This document shows positions 37,976 through 52,189 of a DNA stretch of 64,000 nt, one piece after another; within the stretch, counting starts at the first letter, position 1, and each line of letters opens with the position of its first letter. This stretch comes from Camelus dromedarius. Lineage: Eukaryota. Where the stretch lies: contig NC_087437.1 of the NCBI RefSeq assembly GCF_036321535.1, positions 93,994,001 through 94,058,000 of the forward strand. Direction: 5' to 3'. A program made the position numbers and the translations under genes. The notes under the pieces were generated by a model. The model was not told the DNA's origin. It saw only the letters and a list, made by a program, of their open reading frames with translations, and did no database searches.

Positions 37976-38345
37976 AATTCTACACATACATATGTGGATT
38001 AATGTTATGGTAGCATTATATATTATATTACACATATTATTGTATACACACAGGTGTACATATAAATTTTCTTCTTAATATTTGAAATCTAGTTTTGATC
38101 TCATCCTAAGAGGCTTCTGATTAGTTTTGTTAGTGGTATATCATTTTCTTTGTTACAGGTATGCAATGAAATATCAGTATTTGCATCATTTAAAAAATTA
38201 ATTTTCTATTTGTTCATAATGTTATCTGGAACTACTTAAAGAAAACTTTACCATATGTTTATGATACTTGCATCTTTGAAGATATTTATTGAGTGCACAT
38301 CATGTGTTTTGTTTTGGGCAAAAATAGTATGTATACTCACAACTC

Positions 38346-38947
38346 TATTAATTTCCTGTTTCTGCACAACACATTACCACAGATTCTATGGTTTAAAATA
38401 TCACACATTTATTATATCACAGCTATGTTGGTTAAGCTTACTGGGTTCTACCCAGCTGGATCCTCTGCCTTGGGTGTCACAAGACTGCAATCAGGACACT
38501 AGAGGGACTGTGTTCTCATCAAGAGTCCTGACTGCAGAAGAAGAGTATGGTTCCAAGCTCACTCAGTTTGTTGGCAGAATTCATCTCCATGCAGTCATGG
38601 GACTGAGGATCCTAGCTTCATGCTAGCTCTTGGGTAGAGGCTGCTCTCAGCTCCCAGAAACCTTAACCCCTAAAAGCCATTCTTGACTTGTGGGCCTCCT
38701 AACATGTTTACATGCTTCTTCAAAGTCTGTAAGGGTTAAGTACCTGGATAGAGCCTTCTAGCAAGTTTGTGTCTTTATACAGTCTACCGTAATCACTAGA
38801 CTGCCATCCTATCACCTTTGCCATACTCTATTGGTTAGAACTAACTCCCAGGTTCTGCTCACGCTCCTAGAGAGGACATTACACAAAGGTATGAATACTC
38901 GGAGTTGGGGACCATAGAGGATCAGCTTAGAATCTGTCCATCCCACA
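38346..38947 (-). mobile_element. MLT1 (ERVL-MaLR, MLT1E/F-like) solo LTR
   Basis: 'acattaccacaga..atggtttaaaata..acacatttattat..cacag', 'ttccaagctcactcagtttgttggcagaattca', end 'cttagaatctgtccatcccaca'. Confidence 0.8.
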
Positions 38948-39899
38948 AGCTATGCAGTGGATCCACACTCTATAATAATGATGTCTAAGGACATCAGATA
39001 TGATAAAAGTGGCCTGAAGTTCCACAGTTGAAAATGGTGGAGCTGGGATTCTAACCCAAGGTCTCTGGTTCTAGAGCACATACTTTCAGCCTGTATGTAT
39101 TCTACATCTCTTCATCATTAATTTACTGAAGAAACTTCTTTACATGATCCGAGTGTCCATTTTAGCTCCTAAAACGGGTAAGACACAGGACCAATCTTAA
39201 ATGGAGTAGGATGGAACACACATCTCTAGGCTTGAGAAGACCCAGGGAATGGCTGCCTTATATTATCCAGCTCCAAGTCTGATCACGGTGTGAATTTGGA
39301 AATGTTTATCTAGTGAATATCTACTACCTTATGGAGGACACTACCTTAATTCTATTGACTAGAAGCACAAAAAGTCTTAATTTGAAGTAACAGATTGTAG
39401 TACATGAACAATAGCAAGTGCTGAATTTGGATGTGGAAGATTTTAGGTCCTCTGGATGAAATCAAACAAACTTGTTATACTCAGTAGAACTGGGAGATGG
39501 GATAATGAATTTATATGTTTACCCTCTGCCTATTCCAGAGACAGATCAGGCTTGGAAAAGGCAGGTTGATGCAGTTGTTCCCTCCTAATGAAAATTATTT
39601 TGTTAAATAAAAATCATCACTTGAATTGAGGATTACTTGATAGCTACTTGAGAGTAAGTCAGTTGCTTCCGTTTCCATAAATTTAAGAGAGTGCACTATG
39701 TATTGAGCAGCAATATTACTTCCCAGAGGGAAAGAAAACAGGTAGCAAAAAGATAAATGTAAATGTTTGGCATAAGTTAGGATTAGTTGATTGTGAATAG
39801 ATTAATAATGGTAATAAGATGACAAAGATGGTTATTAGGCATATAGATGATTTCTGATTGGCTGATGTAATTGAAAACAAAAGACAGGTTGTGAAATCT

Positions 39900-40080
39900 C
39901 AATTCTAACCATAAAAATGGCATTTATTCTTAATTGATTTAAGAAAAACTATTTAAGTTCTGTTTCACGTTTTCTTATTGGTAAAAATGATACGATAATA
40001 CTTACTGTTCCCAGGGTGAAAGCACGTGATATATATGAAAGGACTTCGTATGCAGCTCTTTAAATGACTATTGGTAGCAA
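39900..40080 (+). mobile_element. MIR fragment
   Basis: 'tatttaagttctgtttcacgttttcttattggtaaaaatga..ataatactta' MIR core. Confidence 0.45.
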
Positions 40081-41557
40081 GTAAATCATACTTTTACCCA
40101 TTTACTTTAGTCACTTATATGTCAAATGCCAATAATTTAGGAGACAAGCTTACATTTTAAAAAACTGACCTTAATATACATATTTAAGATAATCTACATT
40201 TTCAGATGTATACAGGACATTGAAGATGAATAAGCAATTTTACATTGCAGACTATTTTTTAGAAGAAAAATTGGGGTCATACTGCTGAAGTCATCACAAG
40301 TTATTCTTAAAACGGGCCTTTTCCTCATTTAACTTAATGAAAAAGATTACAGCTTTTTACTTTCCAGGTGTGATTTGATGCCTTCAGACATCTCTCTGTT
40401 CACATTCCAATTAAATTAAATTAAATTGTTCCTATGGTTGCAATTAACTCATTTGGTTTATAGCAAGGAATTCATTATTGCACAGATAGGCTCAGACAGA
40501 ATCCAGGTTCTTTTCCCTTCTGCCTGATTTTTTTCTACTTTCCAAATGTTAATCCCAGTGAGCATGAAAAGCCGTTCATTTCCCTAGGAAAAGTTTGTTC
40601 TCAAGGCTATCAGTTGCATCTTGCAGAGCTTGAAGCAGAGCATGAAGAATGAAACGGTTAACAAACATTAGAAACTGCTCTTCTCCACAAGCAGAAGGAG
40701 GGGTGCAGAATACCAAGAGAGTGAAAGGAATAGAGGGACTAAGTTGAGACAATCACTTTGTCAAGGGACCTGTGGGAACACTTAAATGGAGGAAATAAGT
40801 ACTTTGCCCAGGGCCACACAATAAACCAGTAACATGGACTCCAGCACTCTTAACCCTTATCTATGCTCTTAGAGTGAGACAGTATCTTTTTCTCAGTGAG
40901 ACACATGGCCATCACTCACACTATTGTACAAACCAAAAAAAAAAAAGAAAGAAACTTTGTTTTCATCAGAATATAGTAAGAGATAACTTCTCTTCTAGTT
41001 TCTCTTCCCTGGCACCTCTCCCCACCTGTCCCCACCCTCCATCCCCTGCCCCCATGCAGTGCCATTAATCTACACATCACTTTGTTATTCCTGCCAATCC
41101 CATGAATCACACCACACAGGCATAGGGAAGCTTTAATGCAATACATCTGCTATTTAGTATGGAGAAACTTTGGCTAAAAGACAAATCATTTTCTCCAGGT
41201 CTTTCAACTTGAGTTTAGAAGAAAGAATTTCACTTACTCTATTGTTTAACTTCTCCTTTTTTTCCCCTCCTCTTTTCCAACTGTATGTAGAAATCAGTAT
41301 GCTGGGTTAAAATGAGCAAAATAAGAAATCAAGATATCAGATTTTGAATCTTAGACATATGAGTAACATTTTTTATATTGGATTTGTTAACCAGTGTCTC
41401 TGTGTTTCAGTCCCCTCTGATGTCAAATTACCATACATTATGTACTTAAATTGCAGGAATTTTGTGAGTTTTCCATCTGTTGTAACAACATGCTTAACAG
41501 TTAAGAGCTCCTAATGTTAAAAAAAACAACAACAACTATGATTTCTGATTAAGATGG

Positions 41558-42004
41558 TGTCAACTGAAATAAATGTGCAGCCTAAAAGTTGAGAGTTATG
41601 TTTTATTTGGCGGGAAGGCTCTCAGATCGCTCTGACGGACTGCTCCGAAGAGGTAAGGGAGGAGCTAGCTATATAAGAGTTTTACAACAAAGACCAGGTA
41701 GTTAAAACAATAAAAGATTACTCGTTATCTAAAGAAAACCAGGCATCTCAAGTTAAAGAATTTAGTGCTTTTCTGTGTATGGGAGGAAGCAAACATTTGG
41801 GCTCATTGAATTCATTCCTTTGACAAGCACCTAGCTATCTAGGGCTGGTATCCAGTCCTTTCTTATTCTGAATTCCCTCAGAGTGCACCACTCTGGCTGG
41901 CCTGCAGGCTTGTCTTCACTGGGGGGTGGCGGCAGCAGCTCATGACTTGATGGTTTCAGCTTTCTTTGTTTACTGATAATGGTTTGCAGTATTTTTCATT
42001 CACA
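41558..42004 (-). mobile_element. MER41-like ERV1 solo LTR, relatively young
   Basis: TG...CA termini with a perfect 4-bp TSD ATGG (41554-57, 42005-08) and retained CpGs. 'aaagttgagagttatgttttatttggcggga' and 'tctcaagttaaagaatttagtgcttttct' resemble cetartiodactyl MER41-like LTRs. Confidence 0.85.
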
Positions 42005-44249
42005 ATGGCTTGCTTTAGATTTTAATGCCTTAACACTATTCTGCTGCTCCAGAAATATAACAGTGGATGGTATATAAAAATGGAAAAAAAAATCAGTTTA
42101 AAAAACAAAATAAGCATCTTCTTGGGCCACAAACATAACAAAACAAAACAACATTTAAAGTGTGTGAGCAGGGTTGAAACTCCTGGCTTGCTTAGTGAAA
42201 GTCTGAAAGGCTACAGAAGTGGTTGCCCCTTCACCCCCCGTCTCCTGCAGAGCAATGAGTTAATAGAATTGTTCCCAGAGTTTGGGAGTTAGAGCTGACG
42301 TACTGCTGAAAACCAGGTACTAGGGAGAACTCCTCCAGATTCTATGAGTTAAAAAAAAATCTCCTACCACTACTTCTGTGATTACAGTTTTAATGGATCT
42401 GAAAGCCTTGGCAGGTGAGAAGACACAGATACAACACTGAGAACAGAAACTGAACCAAATATCTTACTTCTGTTGCCAATGATTATTTCTGTTTTATTTG
42501 CAGGATTGCCTTTATTCTCTAAGTTCTTCCTGGGGGGCATTTTCTTAACCCCCTTAAGGGAAGTATCTCCTAAATGAAGATAATTACAAAAATTCTACCT
42601 CCAGATCCCAATTTTTTTCTGAAATCCATTCTGGAGGTGCTCTAGGCACTTCTAATTTAGCGTTTCTGCAAAATGCAACTGGAGAAGGGATGATGATAGG
42701 ATTTCAGACCTTTGGATTAAAAGATATCCTCTAAGAAGAATTAATAAACAATGATTCTGACTTTTAAATAGAACCTTGACGACTCATCAAACTACCCTGA
42801 CATACAGTGACCGATTCATAGCTGAAATCTAAACTTGGTTTTATTTGTTTATTTATTATTTAATTACTTTGTTATTTTCGTAATAGTTCACATTTTAATT
42901 TAAGTTATAGTTTGTATGCTACATTTTATATACTTTTTTAAAAATTTTATTTTTATTCTTGCTAGAGTAGGATTACTTTATAACTAGCAATGGACGTGGG
43001 TGAGAATCTGTGTGCACTGGTTCAAACAAGATTTATTTGGGACTTTTAGATCAAATATAAGGAGGCAATTTTAGAACAACTATTTGGATAGGCTTACTAG
43101 AATTGCCAGTATGTAACTGGGAAACATGCTAACCATCAAAAGAAATTAATTACTTGGAATAGCTTATTTTTTTCTGTTTTTCTCTGCGTTGGTATGTCCC
43201 CCATTGAGTTCTCCTTGACTTGGATGGATATCCATCAAGTACATACTTCTACACTTAACAATTTTGCTGCTGTTGAGAAAGCCCTTGATTGAGGAAACTC
43301 ATCCTTAAACCTGCTTCTGTGGCCACAAATTTACAGAAGTTGTTTTCTCATAATTTTTTCATTCTCTTCTGTATCGCTAACTAGTTTTCTTTTCTCATTC
43401 CCCATGTTGTTTACTTTCTGCTACCTCTATTTTTTGTTGTCCACAACCAACTTTATTTTTATTTGTATTATCAAAATTCCAGCTTTTGGCAATTTTTAAA
43501 TTTTCTTAAATAATCTTACTATTTTTTGTTGTTGGTGGTGTTCCAAGTTCTTCTCTGTCTCCTTCAGTAGCTCAGTTTCATTAGAAGCTATTCCAAATAT
43601 TTCACTTGTACCTTTTCTTGTTTCTGTCTAATGATCCCTGATAACACATTTTATTCTGTTGTCTACTGAGTGGGTAACAGGCCCATCAGCTACAATGGTC
43701 TATTTTGTGGATTTTCAGTGTATCATAATGAAAGATGTTGGTTCCCTAGTGGGGAACTAGGAGGAAGCAACATTAAGGACGGTGAGAGTTCTATCCATGA
43801 GTTCTTCTCTGTTTTGTGGGGACAAGGAAGACCCGGTAAGTTTAAACAAAATGGCACTGCCTCCTTCCCAAAGAAGAAGAATCCCTCACATTCCAGCTTT
43901 CCTGTGATCTTCCATGTTCCAGTCTGTGCCCTGTATATTCCTAGTACTCGTCCCAGGACTCTTGAGCCCTTTCCAAAGGGTGGAAAATTCTCCACCTAGT
44001 CTCAAGGTTAGTTTTTCACAAAGCCTGAGTGCTTACACAAACTACGAAACCTCAGCAGCTGCTTGCTCTTAGAGGAGTTAACAGATAGGGATTCAGAATG
44101 TACAGCAAAAGAGAGAAAAGGAGAGTTCAAGCTTCCACGTTTCAGCATCCCCTCTAGCTCTTTAGAGAGAAAAGGCTTTCCATGGGCCAAGAAAACTTCA
44201 ACAGAAAAAATTCACTAAATTTCACCCAATCATATTCCATTTCCTGTAT

Positions 44250-44700
44250 TATCTCTGATTTAAAGTGAAAGCTTGAGTTGGACACTTCAGAGTCATCCTA
44301 GATACATTTCTCTTTTTACTGACTCCCACTATCCCAGCCTTACAATCGACTAGTTATTAAGTTCAAGTAGAAATGTATCCACTTATTTCTCATAAATCTT
44401 CACTATTCTCTCTGCCAGGAATGTAATTTTTCACCTTTAGACTAAATCGTTGCAATGATTTCTTAACTGATATCTTTGCCTTCAGCACCTTCTTGTTCAG
44501 TGTCACCGTCTAAGGCAGCACTGGACGCGTGCTGTTCAAACACATTACTTTACCATTAGTTAAGAAAAACTTTAGTGCCTACAAAATAAAATATACATTT
44601 CTTACAATATTATTTAAGATCTGTCCATGATCTGAACTCACTTTCTGATCCTTTGCAACTTTGCCTACAGCCAATTCCTCCTGCTCAAATTAGTCACCTT
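44250..44700 (-). mobile_element. L2 LINE fragment
   Basis: 'agtcatcctaga..tttctctttt..ctcccactatcc', 'ttgcaatgatttcttaactgatatctttgcc', 'gcctacaaaataaaat' antisense L2 pattern. Confidence 0.55.
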
Positions 44701-47700
44701 TCTCTGATGGGGTCACTTTTCTCTCCCTAGTCCCCTGAGGAGGACAACACAGCATTCGAAGGAGCACACCGAATTTCTAAGACCAACCCCCTCATCAAAA
44801 GGTTGACTGTAATTCTAAGTGTACTATTTAAAGTTACAAAAGCTATCATTAAATAACTAAATTAATAATATAAATATCTAACATCTTGAGAAATTCAGAA
44901 GAAGGAAAGTTTGCATAAATAAGCTACCTTCTCATTTTTCCTAAGTATGTAGTCTACAGCATTTAATTAGAAATAGAAACTTATATAAATTATGATGTCA
45001 CCAGTAACAAAAATGGAAACTAGGAAGTAAGACTTAAAGTAAATAGAATTGTGATTTCATATTCCTACTTTCTCTGTGACTTCTTCATACTATCTGATTA
45101 CTTACAATATTTGATACTATTTGATAAAATCATACATATAAATAAGTCTATAATGAGCATCCATTCTTCCTGAGAGGAGCTAACATTTTCTTCTACTGAT
45201 AGCTGTGAAAGATGAGCACAAACTTCTGAGCATGACTGTTTTTCCTTCATGAGGTTGAGCATAAACCCTTCTAGAGGGGGGAAAAAAAATAGACTGCCGG
45301 TCAGTTAACACAGTGATTATTTTATTCATGCTTTTACATTCCTGTTTCAATAAAGAGCCAGAAACTATTCCAAACATTTATTATGAAGGTAAATTATTGG
45401 TGTAAAATACATATGAAGATGTTTCATTTTTTTTATAGCTCTTTTGTCTTTAAGCACATCCCTGAATAAAAATTTTGATCCACTTCATAACAGGCTCTCC
45501 CTTAAACATCATTGCTCTAATTCTTTTATGGAGCACACTGATGTGCTTAACGCTCTTTGTTTCTGCAGTGCACATCACAAACAGTTGATGTCTCTTTTGT
45601 TTATTCTCATTAAAGGAGAAATGTGCAGGAACATGACAACCCACACCACAGGGGTCACAGGAGTGGGCACCCCTTCTACGGTTGGGATAATTTTGAACAT
45701 GTAGGAACTGGTTTGTATTCTCTAGCTCTCTAGCTCATTGAGTTTCCAAGGTCTATGAGGGTTTTTGTAAGTATACCAAAAAAGGCACCATCCAGTATCA
45801 CAAATGGCATGCCCTTAATTGTATATCAAATCAGGAATGAATAGAAGAAATTGCAAAGTTAGCACTTAATACATTACTTAGAATTAGTATACTTCCTGTT
45901 ACCATGAAAACTGCCATGTACAAATTGTGGTGACAATTCATGCTTATTGACAAATGTTCCTCCCTTACTAGAGGTGCAAGGGTAAACAAACAAACAAACA
46001 AAAATCATAAGGTCTTTTTAACTTCTTTTCTGCCTTAGCATAGACTCCTGATTTGCGTTAACATAAATTTTAAAATACCTGAGGGTGGTCAGGTAAACAA
46101 TCCTGCAAGAATTTGATCGGAGATTACTTTTCCCTTGTGAAAATTTTTTTAGAATATGACAATGAATAATGTCTATTACTTTAGTAGAAGTGAAAGAATT
46201 AAATATAGTTATCTGCAACGTGCATGAGCTTAGCTCCCTTTTTCAGAGCCGACGTCACCTACTGACATATAGAGTTTCATATTTATGTCCAGGAATGTGC
46301 AAGCATATTCATTTGCATGCCGCAAAACAATTCCACATGAACTTCTGTATTTATTAGAATGCTCCTTTTTATAATGCATGCTGTAGATTACAGAAAATAC
46401 GAACACAGATTCAAGTGCTACCAAGTGGGAAGAGTGGGGTCTAACCATTATTTATAAAACTATTTTATTAAAAACTGACTTCTAAGGCATGAAATATATC
46501 TGATTCCAGAATCTCATGTTTACCTACAAATGCACCTCATGCCCATAGCAGTTGGTGAATAAGTATCTGTCAAATGTATGGCTGAGTTTATGCATAGGAA
46601 AAAAACAAGGAGTTAGCATGTCAAACCCTAAGGATTTATCTAATACTAATAGAATTAAACTTCAAAGTTGCTGCAATCATTTTTCTGAAGCAATGATGGG
46701 AACTTTAGACTGGGCTGACCCCTATTTGGGGCTTAGATGTCACAGCACTGTCTACTGAGAAAGAAAGAGGGCTCCATGTCCCAGCTTCTCTTTTGGAAAA
46801 GTTCTGGGAAAGTGGTCAGCTGATTCAGGCTTGGTCACATGGACACCTTTAAGCCCATCACTGTGGCCGGGAAGGCAGATCATAGTATCTCCCGCTTATT
46901 TTCACTGATAGAGTGAGAGTTGAAGAGGGAGAAGCAGCTTCCTGAGGGTCACAGGCTCAGGCATGGCCTCTGGAGAAGTCAGTGTGAGCCGGACAGCAGC
47001 CCCAGTTTTCTTCCATTGTATAGATTTAAAGATTGTTTGTACTTTAACCATGTTGAGAATCCACTGGTACTTCTCCCGCTTTTCACCTGTCATTCATATA
47101 AAGAAAGCCAGAATAATACTGATGTCTCAGGGGGTCACACAGGATAGAATATAACCTTCATCTCCAGAGTTCAGGTAAATTGTTTTTTTTATTTTTCTAT
47201 TTCCATTCTCCCATTTTGAATTGATAGTTCTAAAACACAGGCTCTTTTTCATAGTATTTCCTTTTTGCAGGTGGGCTAAATTCAGTGATTCCCAGTGGGT
47301 TGGAAGGAGGGCCCCTTGTCCTGACCCGGGCACTATCAGAATATCCAGGTAAGGTAAAGTCATTTGCAGTGTGAACACCTCCCCCAGTGCATTCTGGTAT
47401 TTTCCTTGCTCATACACAGCTGAAGTTCATGCTCCCATCCAAGTTCAGCTTGCACTTCTTTTCCAAGGTATCTTCTGGACCCATGTCATATGTCCACCTT
47501 CCATGCTCTGTATGGCAGCAAGCCTTGCCCACTAGACTAGAAACTCCTGAGGAGCAGGGCTATATTTTATGAGGCCTGTTGTTCCTAAGGCCTGATGTAG
47601 AGAAGTCACTCAATAAACCATTCAGTGTCTCTGTCAATGGAACCCTCCTGATTAATCCCGTCTCCTATTATAATGCATGTCACAAACATAAAGTGAATGT

Positions 47701-50700
47701 TCCCCAGTCCTTTAGTATAAATTCATCTTTTTGCAAGATTAAAGTTCCTTCCAGGTAGCATCTAGCAAAATATCCCTTTTATTCCCTTCAGATTCATTGA
47801 TCCTAGTAGCTAAGACATTGAAACCATATACGTTTGTAAGAGCTAAAATTAGAAAACTGGAAACACTTTGCATCCTACTGGAAAGGCATGACCTACACTA
47901 TGTGAAGGAAAACTCCCTCCGTCAAAAACATTTGTGTGTGTCATAAAGTTTAAACATTTATGCACAACATTTAAGCTTCTTTACAGTTTGGCCTCAACAG
48001 ACTTTCAAACATGTATGATGTGTGAAATTCTCACCACAGCAGCTCCACTGGCCTAGGCTGACCTAGGATGTCCCACTTCTGTGTCTTCGCTTCCAGTCTT
48101 TTCTGAAGTGCCTTTTTAAATCGTAATCATTCTTTTGCAATCCGAATATTTTCTTGGCTAGTCTGCACCACACACACTTTCTCTTAGTGATATCGTAATA
48201 GCATTTTGTGAGGACAGTTAACCACTTATTCTCTTATGAAACATCTTGAAAAAAAATCAAATAATATTTTTTCACTTTTGTATGAAGGTTGTTTCCTCCC
48301 CAAATATATCTGAACTACTTGACAACAAAGATAATATCTTTGTATCCGCAGACAGTTAACATATATATGAAATAAGTACTTTGTAAATTATTAGTGACTA
48401 CTTAGATAATGCATGTAATAGCACATTGAACAATAGAAAGGTACACAAATGTCTGGTATCATAAACCTTCTACCAAAACCTTATTGGAAAATCTTTTCTT
48501 TTTCTCCATAAATTCAAGGGTGCATATTCTCTCTATTTGTAAAATGAATATTTTTTATCACCATTATATTGTGCAGAAGTGACCTATTCGTGGTCAGGGC
48601 TTCTGAATCAATGTATCTGAAGGCACTGATTTATTAAAATAACACATTTCAGTTTTGAAACAACCTTATGCTGACATTTTCTTACTTAATTTCAATTGTT
48701 GTAGTCTTCACGTGGGAATGCAGTCTCTCTAGCATGACTCCACCTCATTAGAGCCAAGCATACCAATTAAAAAGAGAACTGATCACTTTGAAATATATGA
48801 TAGACTGTCATTAGTGTGAAAAGGGACAGGAAGAGAGAGAAAATCTATACACGTAGCACCACATTTAATTTCACATAAAAATGAAAATTGGGAATGATTT
48901 TCTAGAAATAAAGCCATTACCTCTGTAAAAATTGATCTGAGAGTCACTGTATATTAAAGTTTTTATGAAGTTGGAATACTCTGGCTGCATTAAAATTTTT
49001 GGAAAAAAAAAATTTCCTGAGCCTAAGAATTATTTGCTTGAGATGCTCATACTGGTACAATTTTTTATTGGCACACAAGGAATCCAATTTCCAGGTTCAT
49101 TACCCAAAACAACACAGAAATTTGAAACAAGAAAATATCTCGGTGCTTGAACAATAGATCAAACTATAAGTCATACACTACATTCCTTTATGGATTCTTA
49201 GGATAAGAAGGAAAAAGCCAGGAAAAAAAAGCAATTTTTCTGCCCACTTGATCGATGTTCCATTTGACCTCTGTAATGCCCTTCTGCCATAACCTTTTAA
49301 ATACCATCTGCTCTTTTTGTGAAGAGTGCGATGGGAAGGAGTCACTTCGCAACAGCAATTGATTATAAGAGCATTAATCAAGGGCATGGATTATCTGTAG
49401 CATGACACTCTGGGCTGTAGTTAAGCAATCTGGCTTTCAATGTGATTGGAAAGGCTAATCCTTATGTGGAAGCCTAAAATGGGCTTAGCAACACATGTTT
49501 AAGGAGAGCAGAGCAAATAATGCACGAACAGTTATTGGAATCTATGATAAATTTCAGCAATTTTAGGGCTAATTTGTTTACCCAGTGTAATGGGATTAGA
49601 TTGATTATAATATGCTCTCATAAAATGCTGTACACACTGCTCAGATGTTTGTTCTAATCACAGAGCACAAAAAAAGGCTACGCAGCTTTTGCTTAGGACT
49701 CAACAAAATGTAACGTTTTCTAGTATAATTTGAATAACACACCTATCTGAATTTTCCGTTCATTTTCCCCAGTAACTCATATATTCTAAAATAAGCATTA
49801 GTTCATAAGGAAACCATTTCTACAAATATCTTATAAATAGAAAAACTTTTTAAAAAATTCTAGTAATGGATATAAATATTAGAAAATTAGGATTTTAAAC
49901 TTTCACATACTTCTCTAGATGCATACAGTTTATCGTCTAACAGTCTAAATTGGTGTTCTGTATTATACAAAAAGTCTTCAGTCTTCATTAAGTAGCAATG
50001 AGAATGAATTACAAAATGCTGTGTGTGTGTATGTGTAGTGGGAGAGAAAGAGGAATGGAGGGAAGGAGCAAGAGGAAAAGAGGTGGACAGAAGAAAGGGA
50101 AATTGAGAGACAGATTATTTAAATGTAAACACTTTAAGCATTTCCTTCCTGCCTTATCATGCCTGCCCAGAGCAGAGTTTGTTATTTATACAAGGAACTT
50201 CTAGGAAAAAAGAAAAATCACATTACCACTGAAAAGGGGGAGGCAAGTTATCTTAGCAGATCAAACAGGAAGAAATGATAGAACAGCATGGTTTTTGAAA
50301 GAATAATTATTTACACTCTAAGAGAACAATAACAACAACCAAAAATAAACTAAAGAATGTTCTATAATAAAATAAAATTTTATTTTTATTTCTTTAAATA
50401 GTTTAATAAACACATACTAGTTGTTAATGACTGTAATATTTTAGATTTCATACCAGCCCCAAAATGCAGAGATTCTTCAAAAATTATCACTGCCTAATCT
50501 GTACCTTCCTTGGCAAAGCTAACAGTGGACAAGTTACTTTCTACCTAGAAAAATTAAATCCAAACTTCCTAGAATTTTGCTATAAATAAGGCTTTTCTCC
50601 AGGGTAATTCTCCTTATTTTTTTTTTTTTTCATCTAAAATTACTACGCACATAGTTAAAAGTCAAATAGTACTAAACGGGTAATAAATTGTATGATTCAT

Positions 50701-52189
50701 TGATCTTGGTTACAAGGAAGAAAAACCAAATCTAGCTAACATAAGCAGAATAGAAATTTATGTGACGGGTCTTAGGAAGCTCACTGCATCTTTGTGAAGG
50801 CTGCTGAACAAGATTAGAAGAAATGCAGAAAAAGAGAACACAGAAAAAAGGAACCACACACAGCAAGATCATGAAGCAAAACAATCCATTTAGACTAACA
50901 GTGTTGCTTTCTACCACTAACAACTTTGCTACTAGTGGTCAGGACTCTTGCTATCTACAGGTACTACTTCCGCCATGAACCCTAAACCACCTGGAGCTTA
51001 ATTTCCATGCGTGCTATCTAGAAGCCAACAGATAGGAAAGGAAGTACCCAACTTCTCAACCTCAGTTCCCCAGCCCACTTTGTTCCTTCATTCCTCTTTT
51101 TCTGAAATTATTATTAGGCAATTATTGGACTGTTTTAGGTGATTGTATGAGTTTTTTTTTTTTTTAATCCTTATTCCCATTTGCTCTATTTTTGTGGGAA
51201 AATTTCATTGGCTTTGTGTGACAGTGTGTTTTAAATTTTTTATAGATACTTTAGAATTAAAAAAAAAAATCTAAAGGGTTGTTGGTCTCTATCTGGACTT
51301 TCTTCAAAGCCATTCCTGTTAGTGTCTACACATCCTCTAACATGGCCAGTGACATTCTGCTTATTACTTAGTTGATTCTCAGTAGGTGACTGGCCATTAT
51401 GAGAATGAGAAGGGCATTTCGTTAGAGAAGACCTAAAATGTCACCATGTGCAGGTCTTTAAAATAGGTATATTTTTTACTTCCAAGATGAAGTCTATAAT
51501 CTCCAACACTAGAAATTACAGTCCTACCTGCTGAGGTTTTAAGAGCAAGGCAAAGCTGATTGACTGAATAATTCTCTGTTAACCTGAGAAGATAATTTCC
51601 ACACCTTCGCGGCTGCCCTCTCTTTTTCTAGGTGCTTAGGAATTCAGAAACTTGCCCATTCAGTGTCTCTAGAAAATTCAGTCTCTCCATTGTTCTGTGT
51701 GGAAGTGTACTTAATACATTGTGCAGACATTTATTCAACACCCTTGTTTTCAAATGTTCCACTCTGTCCTCATCTAGTCTCTGGTACTTATAACTCCTAA
51801 CTTTCCCAGGAATTCCTCAAGAGTATTTGATTTACTACTACACATGGTGTCACATTCTGAGGATCCTCAGGTCTTTTGCTTTCTACATACTGTTAATCAA
51901 CCTGGTGATCAATGGGTGACAGATGTCACAGCCATATTGCCCTCACATCCCAAACTATTAATCCAGCTACCAATCTTACATCATCTCACACTCTTCGAAA
52001 AGATTTGTATAACCTCCTGTTCACTAATATCCTCTCTCCAATATATATTTTACCTTTGTGGGAATGTCAGTATCCTTACACACTCAAAATGGGTTGTTTA
52101 TAAAGATTCTATTCATAAATATTCAGGCAGAGATGTTGCAGTATGTTATGACTAGCAACAGGTGAGGATTGTACCACTCTAGAACTGAG

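Noticed and set aside
43218..43240. Near-palindrome around gatggatatccatc
   Set aside because: A single short palindrome is expected by chance in 64 kb.
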